Of a stretch of 64,000 bases of DNA, positions 36,613-45,514 are shown piece after piece (the first letter of the stretch is position 1; each line of letters starts with the position of its first letter). The notes under the pieces are model-generated. The model worked only from the letters and a program-made list of their open reading frames with translations, was not told the DNA's origin and made no database searches. Where the stretch lies: NCBI GenBank assembly GCA_945889175.1, contig CAMDBF010000003.1, forward strand, positions 223-64,222. Direction: 5' to 3'. The stretch is from Rickettsia typhi (GTDB taxonomy: Bacteria > Pseudomonadota > Alphaproteobacteria > Rickettsiales > Deianiraeaceae). The position numbers and the translations under genes were made by a program.

Positions 36613-37041
36613 TGTGTAAAAAATAATTTTCTCTTCTTTTGCAGACGAACAGATTCTTGACTACCTGAAAGTGTTGAATTAGTGTATTTAAAAATCAGAG
36701 TCTAATGAAATTGCGTGACTACAGCAATCATATGTCATAAGTTAACATCCCTTGTTGAATCTTGCATATCTTAAGTAATATTTTATAATCGTTTCCATGA
36801 ATGCAACGATATTAAGTTTTAATTGCACACAAAGAACTTTCTTTCTTAAAATAATAATGTAATCTATAATTAAGTAGAAAATTCTAAAATCTATTTAATA
36901 AAAATGCTAATGTTGTGTAATTTTGATATGACGAATAAAAATGTCAAGGAAAAATTACAAATAAAAAAGCAAAACATTGAATATAAATTATATTTAAAGC
37001 CTATTTTTTGTTTTATTTTTTTTAATTTTTAATTGTTTTTT

Positions 37042-37404
37042 ATGAATGCTCGTAATCTTAAAAGCGATGATCTTAGCACACTTATTAAAATGTGCAACAA
37101 CGATGAAAACGAAACTAACTCGCAGGATGAGGACTATCAAAATATATACCTAACTGCAATGCTTGATAATAAAAAAGTTGGCAGCCTACTTAAATCTATA
37201 AGACTTATAAAATCAATGACCCTTGTTGACATTGAAACAATTACTGGTATTTCGTATCAGCAAATTAAAAAGTACGAGGACAATAAAAGTAGAATAAGTA
37301 TTGCCAACCTTAATAGAGTTATTACGGCTTTAGGTCTTAAAGCAGAACTAGTGATAGTAAGCAACCCTATAAAAAAAGATGCCAAAGTTGAGCAGGAGAG
37401 TTAA
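37042..37404 (+). CDS. XRE-family helix-turn-helix transcriptional regulator (paralog A)
   Basis: HTH_3-like 'VGSLLKSIRLIKSMTLVDIETITGISYQQIKKYEDNKSRISIANLNRVITALG'. The first ATG is at 37042. It is about 67% identical over the HTH to the 51412 gene. Confidence 0.7.
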   Translation: MNARNLKSDDLSTLIKMCNNDENETNSQDEDYQNIYLTAMLDNKKVGSLLKSIRLIKSMTLVDIETITGISYQQIKKYEDNKSRISIANLNRVITALGLKAELVIVSNPIKKDAKVEQES

Positions 37405-37463
37405 AAGATTTTTAAACGCATGTAATAACGCATGTAATTTTTATTAAACATTTAGAATGATTG

Positions 37464-37508
37464 TAATAATGCGGATAAAAGGCTTTCAAACTCTAATCCG
37501 CATTATTA
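37464..37508 (+). terminator. 13-bp perfect hairpin downstream of XRE paralog A
   Basis: TAATAATGCGGAT (37464-37476) pairs with ATCCGCATTATTA (37496-37508), with a 19-nt loop. There is no clear T-tract, so its function is uncertain. Confidence 0.3.
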
Positions 37509-37628
37509 AATAACACTTTAAATATTTTTTTGTACTTATTTTATAGTAATTTTTTAAATAATCTTTAAAAGTGTTGACTAGAGATCAAAACTCTTTAAAA
37601 ATCTATATCATTAAATTGTGCTTGATAT

Positions 37629-38537
37629 ATGTTTTTAAAAAATCTTAAGGAGCAGTCTTCTGTTTTAATATCCGAGAGGTACAGATTTGCTTCCACATTT
37701 TTAGAGTCGGTAAAATCAATTGGCTTTACTCTTGTCGACTTTTCGCTACTGGAGCCAAGTGAAAACAATCCTAGTAAGTCATTTAATTACAATGTAACGA
37801 ATTCCATTTCAGGCGAAACATTTGTCCTTCGCTCCGATTTTACTTGGCAGATATCAAATCTTGTTTCCAACTTTTCACCAGAGGAAGTAAATAGACAAAT
37901 TAAATTTGCCTATTGCGGTGATGTTGTAAAAGTAAGTAAGCCTTATAAACAAAAATCTCGAAATACATTTTGCTGTGGCCTTGAATTGATATCACATTTG
38001 CAGAATGACATTTCAAATCAGTTTGAAGAATTAATAAGTTTAACGAAAAAACTAATACCAAAAACTAAATATGGTTCGATCTTGGAAATCCAGTCTTCTT
38101 TGTTGAATGATATTGCAACAAGTTATCAATTAACTCAAGAGGATTTTAGAGCAATTGAAATTATGGATTTTAACAACGCAAATCTCAAGCAAAAATTACC
38201 AAGATCAATTATACAATTACTCAAATTATCTTTCAATAACGATTTTGATTTTGTTTTAAATAATGTAATAAATCCATTGGTAACTCAAGATAGAACAGAT
38301 AAATATCTTTTTGACCAATTGACCAAGTCTGTTAAAAAGAATTTTGACAACATCACATTCAATGTTTCGCAGTCTTTTTTACCAAGCAAATATTACCTTG
38401 TAAGTTTTTCGATATTCTGTGCAAAAACAGGAACTGAAATTGCAAAGGGCGGAATATACAAGATAGACAATAAATATAGTTCTCAGCCTCTTGTTGCAAT
38501 GGGAATTACTTTTTATGTTGATAATTTTGTTATTTAA
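37629..38537 (+). CDS. HisZ / class-II aaRS-like (HisRS paralog) protein
   Basis: 'RYRFASTFLESVKSIGFTLVDFSLLEP', 'FVLRSDFTWQISNLV', 'IKFAYCGDVV' and the C-terminal 'AMGITFYVD' resemble the HisZ/HisRS catalytic-core blocks. No hisG is nearby. Confidence 0.4.
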   Translation: MFLKNLKEQSSVLISERYRFASTFLESVKSIGFTLVDFSLLEPSENNPSKSFNYNVTNSISGETFVLRSDFTWQISNLVSNFSPEEVNRQIKFAYCGDVVKVSKPYKQKSRNTFCCGLELISHLQNDISNQFEELISLTKKLIPKTKYGSILEIQSSLLNDIATSYQLTQEDFRAIEIMDFNNANLKQKLPRSIIQLLKLSFNNDFDFVLNNVINPLVTQDRTDKYLFDQLTKSVKKNFDNITFNVSQSFLPSKYYLVSFSIFCAKTGTEIAKGGIYKIDNKYSSQPLVAMGITFYVDNFVI

Positions 38538-38544
38538 TAAAACC

Positions 38545-39255
38545 ATGTCGCATCTTTTGCTATCTATCGTATTTTCAATAGGGTTTTTATTTGAAAGCAT
38601 TTTTGGCTTTGGAGGTGGAATAGTCTCCTATTCGATTTTAGCATTTTTTTACGACATAAAAGATCTGGTGGTTGTTGCGATGTATGTTGGAACAATTTCA
38701 ACATTAATTATACTAGTTACAAGCCTTAAACACATTAAGATAAAACTTATATTTAGCTCAATACCATTTATTATGTGTGGTGTTGCGGTTGGTACACTTT
38801 GCTTTAAGTACATACCCTCTGGTATTTTGATTAAAATTTATAGCATTACTTTAATACTTATAAGCCTTAGAGCCTTGCTGTTTAAAGAGCTAAGCTTGCC
38901 AGCCTCAGCCTCAAAGGCAATACTTACAGTGGGTGGATTTATTCAAGGGGTTCTTGGTATAGGAGGTCCATTTTTTGTAGTAGGATTAAAGTCGGTTATT
39001 AGCGACAAAACAATATTAAGAGCAAATCTTGCAGTCTTGTTTTTATTGGCAAACATCTACAGATATATACAGATGGTTTCAAGTAATATTATAGAATGGA
39101 ATTATTTTATAAAGTATTGGTTCATAATAATTCCAGTTATTTTTGCATTATGGCTTGGATACTTAATCCACAAAAAAATTCCACAACATGCTTTTGATAA
39201 ATTTATTTATGCTGGAATATTAATATCTGCAGTTGGTTTTTTGATTTTATTTTAA
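38545..39255 (+). CDS. TauE/SafE-family (DUF81) anion exporter-like membrane protein
   Basis: Polytopic protein with the repeated Gly motifs 'FGFGGGIVSY' and 'GVLGIGGPFFVVGL'. Start set at ATG 38545. Confidence 0.6.
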   Translation: MSHLLLSIVFSIGFLFESIFGFGGGIVSYSILAFFYDIKDLVVVAMYVGTISTLIILVTSLKHIKIKLIFSSIPFIMCGVAVGTLCFKYIPSGILIKIYSITLILISLRALLFKELSLPASASKAILTVGGFIQGVLGIGGPFFVVGLKSVISDKTILRANLAVLFLLANIYRYIQMVSSNIIEWNYFIKYWFIIIPVIFALWLGYLIHKKIPQHAFDKFIYAGILISAVGFLILF

Positions 39256-39337
39256 AACAAGAATAGTTTAGTATTGACTATTCTTTTATATCAAAATAGA
39301 TTTAATATGATTTGTTCAGTCCTTTAATTAAAATTTT

Positions 39338-40795
39338 ATGTTTAACTTTTTAAAGAAAATAAACCAGCATCACTCTAAAAGATGCCTTGTAGTTGGCGAT
39401 ATTGTTATCGACTCTTATATTTATGGTAAAATAAACAGGATGTCATCGGAGGCACCGATTCCGGTTGTAGATGTATCTTACAATAAAGAAGAGATTGGAG
39501 GAGCTGGAAATGTAGTAAAAAATTTAAAAGCCTTAGGTTTTGATGTAAAAGTAATCAGCATTGTTGGCAATGATGATGGTGGTGAAAAAATTTTAGAATC
39601 CCTTAGTAACTTAGCGGTTGATGCAAGGATTAGGGTATCTGGTACAAAAATTACATCAAAAAAAAATAGATTAATGGTTGATAAGCATCAAATTGCAAGA
39701 TTTGACTACGAAAGTCATACCAACGAGGATTCTGGATTTATGGAAACCCTTAAAAATGATTATTTAGCAATGATCGATGTAGTTGATATTGTTGTAATAT
39801 CCGATTATGATAGAGGTGTTTTAGAGTACAATTTTACAAGATTTATAATCGAAGAGGCAATTAAAAGAAATAAGCCAATTATTTGCGATCCAAGAGTAAA
39901 AGATTTTACAAAATACTCTGGAGTGACTACAATTACACCAAATTTAAAAGAGGCTAACAATTCTATTTTTGCAATAAAAAATGATAAAGATATTGAATCT
40001 GCCTTATTAAAACTGCACTTTGAATGTAAAGTGGCTGAGCCTGTAATAACACTTTCCGAAAGAGGTATAGCTTATCTTGATAAAAACAATAAACTTGCTA
40101 TAGAAAGTGCCCTTGGTGGAAATATCATAGATGTAACAGGTGCAGGAGACACTGTGGTTGCAGCCTTTTGCTTAGCAAAAGTTTCTCAGCTTAACCAAGA
40201 AGAGTCATGTATTCTTGCAAACATGGCTGCATCGATAGTTGTTGAAGTTGTTGGTACGTCGGTAGTTTCAATTGAAGAGATAAAAAATCGTTTTGGCGGT
40301 AATCAATACAAAAATACTAACGCAACTCAATTTGTTCAAAAAATTAAAACAAAGCAAGAGATGATTGATGTCATGGAAGGTGATAGAAATAAATCTTGGG
40401 TTTTTACAAATGGATGTTTTGACATTATTCACACTGGTCATCTTGATGTAATCTCAAGAGCAAAAAATTGTGGTGACTTACTAATCGTTGGATTAAACTC
40501 CGATGCTTCAGTTAAAAGACTAAAAGGTCAAACTAGACCTGTCAATAATGAGCTCACAAGAGCTAGTGTTCTTGCTGGCCTTGAGTTTGTTGACTTTGTG
40601 GTAATTTTTGAAGAAGACACTCCTGAAGAAATCATTAAATTTTTAAGACCAAATGTATTGGCAAAGGGCATAGATTACATAGCAAACCCTCAGGACTTAC
40701 CAGGTGCAAAATATGTTGATAGAATTGAAATTTTAGGTACCAAGCTTGATAGTACAACCGAAATTATAAACAGAATATTAGATAAAAATGTATGA
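39338..40795 (+). CDS. hldE: bifunctional D-beta-D-heptose 7-phosphate kinase / heptose 1-phosphate adenylyltransferase
   Basis: N-terminal ribokinase-like half ('VVGDIVIDSY', 'DVTGAGDTV') and C-terminal cytidylyltransferase half ('FTNGCFDIIHTGHL'). Confidence 0.9.
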   Translation: MFNFLKKINQHHSKRCLVVGDIVIDSYIYGKINRMSSEAPIPVVDVSYNKEEIGGAGNVVKNLKALGFDVKVISIVGNDDGGEKILESLSNLAVDARIRVSGTKITSKKNRLMVDKHQIARFDYESHTNEDSGFMETLKNDYLAMIDVVDIVVISDYDRGVLEYNFTRFIIEEAIKRNKPIICDPRVKDFTKYSGVTTITPNLKEANNSIFAIKNDKDIESALLKLHFECKVAEPVITLSERGIAYLDKNNKLAIESALGGNIIDVTGAGDTVVAAFCLAKVSQLNQEESCILANMAASIVVEVVGTSVVSIEEIKNRFGGNQYKNTNATQFVQKIKTKQEMIDVMEGDRNKSWVFTNGCFDIIHTGHLDVISRAKNCGDLLIVGLNSDASVKRLKGQTRPVNNELTRASVLAGLEFVDFVVIFEEDTPEEIIKFLRPNVLAKGIDYIANPQDLPGAKYVDRIEILGTKLDSTTEIINRILDKNV

Positions 40796-41370
40796 AAATA
40801 TTTCTACTCTCCTCCCTACTACTTTTAACTCAAGCATGCACAACGGGCTTGGCGATAGGCACAATAAGCTCTTCTTATTTAGTAGCAAGAGATAAAAAAC
40901 TTAGTGAAACAAAGCAAGATTTCAAAATTCTATTAAAAATTAAAGATAACATTATTGCAAGTGATTATACTATGACTATGATGTCCGTGGAAATAGATGT
41001 ACACAATAAAAATGTATATCTAATGGGAAGAGTGAAAACAAATGAAGCCAGATTGTTCTTGCTCGCAAGTGCAGAAAAGGTCGAAGGAGTAAAGAAAATC
41101 TACGATGAAATAGTTGTCAACTCCTCAGCCTCTTGGCCTAGGTCTTTAGCAACTTTCGCGAGGGATGCAATCGTTACTGCCGAGGTAAAATTGCGACTTA
41201 TGATGTCAAAAAATATTAAATCTTTCAACTATTCTATTGAAACATTCAATGGTTCGGTCTACATCATAGGTAATTCTTTTAACAAAAATGAGGCTGAACA
41301 TGTATCAGTAGTTGCCTCACGAAGCCTTGGAGCCTCAAGAATAGTCAACTATTCAACAATTATAGAATAA
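40792..41370 (+). CDS. BON-domain lipoprotein (DolP/OsmY-like)
   Basis: Lipobox 'LLTQAC' and two BON-like repeats ('VYLMGRVKTNEARL', 'VYIIGNSFNKNEAE'). Confidence 0.65.
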   Translation: MKIFLLSSLLLLTQACTTGLAIGTISSSYLVARDKKLSETKQDFKILLKIKDNIIASDYTMTMMSVEIDVHNKNVYLMGRVKTNEARLFLLASAEKVEGVKKIYDEIVVNSSASWPRSLATFARDAIVTAEVKLRLMMSKNIKSFNYSIETFNGSVYIIGNSFNKNEAEHVSVVASRSLGASRIVNYSTIIE

Positions 41371-41397
41371 GTTTTATTTGTGTTTGTTTTTTAAAGT

Positions 41398-44070
41398 GTG
41401 TCTATATTGTCAAAACTAAATCTTTTTAAACCTAGAAACGAAAGATTACTTAATGGTTACAAAGTTCTTCTTGCAAAAATTAATACTCTTGAAGCAAGAT
41501 ATCAAAGCTTAACAGACGAAGAATTAAAATCAGAATTGTTTCGTTTTAAGCAAAAGGCAATTCAAATTAAAACGGAAATCATCAAAAAAGATCCAACAAA
41601 AGATCATGAAATAATAACTAATTGTTTTGCAATAACAAGAGAGGCATCAAAAAGAGTATTAAACATGAGGCATTTTGATGTTCAGATAATTGGCGGACTT
41701 GTATTAAACGATGGTAGAATTGCTGAAATGAAAACTGGAGAAGGTAAAACTCTAGTCGCAACCCTGCCTGCGGTATTAAATGCAATTTGCCAAAACTCAG
41801 TTCATGTTGTAACAGCAAACGACTACCTTGTAAAAAGAGATAATGCTTGGATGGGGAGGCTTTATGAATTTTTAGGTTTAAGTCTTGGCTTCATAAACTC
41901 AGAAGTTCCTCTTGAAGACAGAGACACCATATACATAAAAGACATAGTCTACGCCACAAACAACGAAATAGGATTTGACTACCTTAGGGACAACATGAAA
42001 AATCATGAAACCGCTCTTATTCGTAGAGGTTTTGACTTTGCAATTGTAGATGAAGTGGATTCAATATTGATAGACGAGGCAAGAACACCTTTAATTATAT
42101 CTGGTCCAGTTGATGTTGCACTTAACCTTTATAAAATATGCGATAAAATTGTTAAATCCTTAGAAGACAATTGTTATGAAATTGATGAAAAATCAAAAAG
42201 AATTCACCTTACCGAAAAAGGTTATGATGCTGTAGAGGCGGAGTTAAAAAAACACAAACTCACAAACGAAAAGGAGTTTATATACGGTGGGGTAACTAAT
42301 CACGACCTTAGCTACGACACGGATCCAGAGTTTTTACACAAGGCAAGCAAGATGACAAACTGCATCGAGCAGTCACTCAAAGCAAATAAACTTTTTAAAG
42401 AAAATGTTGATTACCTTATTAAAGACGATAAAGTTCTTATCGTTGACGAATTTACTGGCAGAATAATGGATGGTAGAAGGTACTCAGATGGCTTACATCA
42501 AGCAATTGAGGCAAAGCATAACTGTTCAATTCAACAGGAAAGTCAAACTTTGGCATCGGTGAGTTTTCAAAATCTTTTTAGACTTTACTCAAAACTTTCG
42601 GGAATGACGGGAACTGCAAAAACAGAGGAGGATGAGTTTATATCAATCTACAGGCTTGATGTTGTGTCGATTCCTACCAATAAAGCTTTGCAAAGAATTG
42701 ACAATGACGATCTTGTTTTTGCAAGTGAGGATGAAAAATTTAATGCAATTGCAAAAAAAGTAAAAGAATTGCACGAAAAAGGTCAGCCAGTTTTAGTTGG
42801 TACAGTAAGTATTGCAAAGTCCGAAAAGCTCTCAAAAGCCTTTACCGAGGCTAAAATAAAACATGTTGTTCTTAATGCCAAGCATCACGAAAAGGAGGCT
42901 GAAATTATCTCTCAAGCGGGCAGATATCAAGCTGTAACAATAGCTACAAACATGGCTGGCCGTGGTACAGATATAGTTCTTGGTGGCAGCATTGAGTCTA
43001 CAATTAACGAATTAAAAGAACTTGATAAAGTAGAGGAGGCTGAAAAACTTCTTCTTAGTCAAAAAGAAGAGTGTGAAAAAGTTAAATCACTTGGTGGACT
43101 CTTTATAATTGGCTCTGAGAGACATGAATCAAGAAGAATTGACGATCAGTTAAGAGGTAGAGCTGGAAGACAGGGTGATGTTGGTCAATCACAATTTTAT
43201 CTATCACTTGAAGATGATTTATTAAGAATTTTCGGCGGCGATTTTATCAAAGGACTACTATCAAAACTTGGGCTTAAAAAAGATGAGGTAATTAATCACT
43301 CAATGTTAAATGTGGTTATCAAAAGAGCTCAGGCTAAAGTTGAAAATCATAACTTTGAAATCCGTAAAAACTTACTTAAATATGACGATATAATTAATGA
43401 GCAAAGAAATATTTTTTATTCCCTAAGGTCGGCATTTTTAAAGGATTCAACTCAATCAATTACAACAATTGAAACATATTGCAAGGAGCAAATAGAAGCC
43501 GTAAGAGTACAAATGCAATTACTTACAAGCCAAGGAGCTTCTTACGACACTTATATAAAAAGCTGCGTAACATTTGTCCCTATATTGCATATTTATAACG
43601 AAAGCGAATTAGATAAATTTAAATTACTTTCCGCAACTGATTTTTTTGCCTTAACCGAGCAAAGATTACTTTCTATAATTGATGACTTTAAGGAGTTTTG
43701 CGGTAATATTGAAGGATTTAGAAGGTTTGAATCCCAAACAAAAGATGCCCTCTTTAAAGGTTTGCAAGTTCAGGTTGAAGGTACTGATGAGCAAAAAACT
43801 AAAGTTCTTAAAGTTCTTGAGGCTTTAACTGGCTTAAACTTTGTATTACTTCACCATCTGGACTTAGGCTGGAAGGAGCACCTACACTCAATTGACTCAC
43901 TAAGAAACGGAATAAACCTTAGATCTTACGCTCAAAAAGATCCTCTTAACGAGTATAAAATGGAATCCTTTATGTATTTTGAATCAATGTTTGAAAGGTT
44001 TAAAAAACAAAGTTTAATATCATCCATAGCATTTATGAAGGATTTGTTAAATGACCACAAAAAATTATAA
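41398..44070 (+). CDS. secA: preprotein translocase ATPase SecA
   Basis: 'MKTGEGKTLVATLP', 'DEVDSILIDEARTPLIISG', 'TNMAGRGTDI' and 'RGRAGRQGD'. It uses a GTG start. Confidence 0.95.
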   Translation: MSILSKLNLFKPRNERLLNGYKVLLAKINTLEARYQSLTDEELKSELFRFKQKAIQIKTEIIKKDPTKDHEIITNCFAITREASKRVLNMRHFDVQIIGGLVLNDGRIAEMKTGEGKTLVATLPAVLNAICQNSVHVVTANDYLVKRDNAWMGRLYEFLGLSLGFINSEVPLEDRDTIYIKDIVYATNNEIGFDYLRDNMKNHETALIRRGFDFAIVDEVDSILIDEARTPLIISGPVDVALNLYKICDKIVKSLEDNCYEIDEKSKRIHLTEKGYDAVEAELKKHKLTNEKEFIYGGVTNHDLSYDTDPEFLHKASKMTNCIEQSLKANKLFKENVDYLIKDDKVLIVDEFTGRIMDGRRYSDGLHQAIEAKHNCSIQQESQTLASVSFQNLFRLYSKLSGMTGTAKTEEDEFISIYRLDVVSIPTNKALQRIDNDDLVFASEDEKFNAIAKKVKELHEKGQPVLVGTVSIAKSEKLSKAFTEAKIKHVVLNAKHHEKEAEIISQAGRYQAVTIATNMAGRGTDIVLGGSIESTINELKELDKVEEAEKLLLSQKEECEKVKSLGGLFIIGSERHESRRIDDQLRGRAGRQGDVGQSQFYLSLEDDLLRIFGGDFIKGLLSKLGLKKDEVINHSMLNVVIKRAQAKVENHNFEIRKNLLKYDDIINEQRNIFYSLRSAFLKDSTQSITTIETYCKEQIEAVRVQMQLLTSQGASYDTYIKSCVTFVPILHIYNESELDKFKLLSATDFFALTEQRLLSIIDDFKEFCGNIEGFRRFESQTKDALFKGLQVQVEGTDEQKTKVLKVLEALTGLNFVLLHHLDLGWKEHLHSIDSLRNGINLRSYAQKDPLNEYKMESFMYFESMFERFKKQSLISSIAFMKDLLNDHKKL

Positions 44071-44071
44071 C

Positions 44072-45487
44072 ATGAAAAATAATTTTAATTTAAAAGCTCT
44101 TTTAAACCTTCGATCAAAAGGTTATAAATTTTGCATAGATACCAGAACTCTTGGCTTTGAAGGTGATATTTTTATTGCACTAAAAGGCTTAAGGGATGGA
44201 CACGATTTTGTACTTAATGCCTTTGAAAAAGGGGCTAAGTATTGCATTGTAAAAAATGACTTTAATTTAACAGACTTAACGACTGATAAAGATTTAATTA
44301 CAAAGCTTGAACCAAAATTAATTTATACAGAATCTCAAGATACCCTTGAATCCATAACTGAAATTGCAAAACAAAAAGCGAACTACCTTAAACAAAACAA
44401 TGCAAAAATTATCAGTGTTACTGGCAGCTTTGGCAAAACGACGGTAAAAAATTTAATTTACTTTTTGTTGAACAAATCGGGAATAAAAGAGGAACAGATT
44501 TATAAAACTTATAAAAATTACAACAATCACATAGGGGTTCCGCTAACGCTATTTAACTGCGAAAATGATATTAAATACCTTGTTTGCGAAATAGGAATGG
44601 ACCACTCTGGCGAAATAGAACATTTAGCAAGGATATTAAAGCCAGATGTTGCAGTTATTACAAGCATAGCTGAGGTTCATTTTGTAAATTTTACAAATAT
44701 AGAGCAAATAGCAAAAGCAAAGGGCGAGTGCATAAAACATAGTAGCGTAACAGTGTTAAACAAAGAGTCAAGATGCATAAATGTTTTACTTGAGGAGGCA
44801 TTAGCTGTTAAAAAACCAACAAGCATTGCAACAATTAATGATATAACAGACTACGAATATAAGAAGGACACATTAACATTTACACTTTACAATAAGTATA
44901 AATTTATAATAAATAAATTTTTAACTAAGGAATACTTGATAAATCTATCCTTAGCTTCAAAAGCCATTGAAAGTTGTGGAGTATCTCTTAGTTTTTTACA
45001 CAACGCCAATCTGGATGAATTTTTTAATTCAGATGACATGATAGGCAGGGGAAGAGAGATAAAAACTAAACAAGTAACCATAATAGACGAAGTGTATAAT
45101 TGTAGCTTGGAATCTTTAACTAATGCCATTAAAAATCTTGCAAGTAAAAATGGTAGCAAGCTTGCTATTATTGGTGATATGCTTGAACTTGGAACGGTTT
45201 CACGGCAAAAACATGAGGCAATTTTTGATATACTGCAAATGGAAAATATTAATAATGTTGTTATGATTGGCAAGGAAATGATATTTTTATATAATAAATT
45301 CTTGCAAATTACAACTTTAGATAGCAAAATAGATATATATTATTATGCAAATCTTAGTTGCTTTTTAAAACAACACTTACATAATGCTAAGCTAGTTGGC
45401 TTTAAAAAAGACTATGATTACATTTTATTAAAAGCATCCAATTCCATGGGCTTCGATAAAATTATCAAGGCACTTGTTAATTGTTAA
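44072..45487 (+). CDS. murF: UDP-N-acetylmuramoyl-tripeptide--D-alanyl-D-alanine ligase
   Basis: 'VTGSFGKTTVK' P-loop, 'NNHIGVPLTL', 'EIGMDHSGEI' and 'IIGDMLELG'. ATG 44072 was chosen over 44051, which overlaps the secA end. Confidence 0.85.
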   Translation: MKNNFNLKALLNLRSKGYKFCIDTRTLGFEGDIFIALKGLRDGHDFVLNAFEKGAKYCIVKNDFNLTDLTTDKDLITKLEPKLIYTESQDTLESITEIAKQKANYLKQNNAKIISVTGSFGKTTVKNLIYFLLNKSGIKEEQIYKTYKNYNNHIGVPLTLFNCENDIKYLVCEIGMDHSGEIEHLARILKPDVAVITSIAEVHFVNFTNIEQIAKAKGECIKHSSVTVLNKESRCINVLLEEALAVKKPTSIATINDITDYEYKKDTLTFTLYNKYKFIINKFLTKEYLINLSLASKAIESCGVSLSFLHNANLDEFFNSDDMIGRGREIKTKQVTIIDEVYNCSLESLTNAIKNLASKNGSKLAIIGDMLELGTVSRQKHEAIFDILQMENINNVVMIGKEMIFLYNKFLQITTLDSKIDIYYYANLSCFLKQHLHNAKLVGFKKDYDYILLKASNSMGFDKIIKALVNC

Positions 45488-45514
45488 TGTATTTTAAAAT
45501 TGTTTTGATAAAAA

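Noticed and set aside
37416-37439. Tandem 12-mer ACGCATGTAAT(A/T) x2 just downstream of XRE paralog A
   Set aside because: It has only two short copies, sits after the stop codon and does not recur at the paralog B locus. That is insufficient to call a regulatory site.
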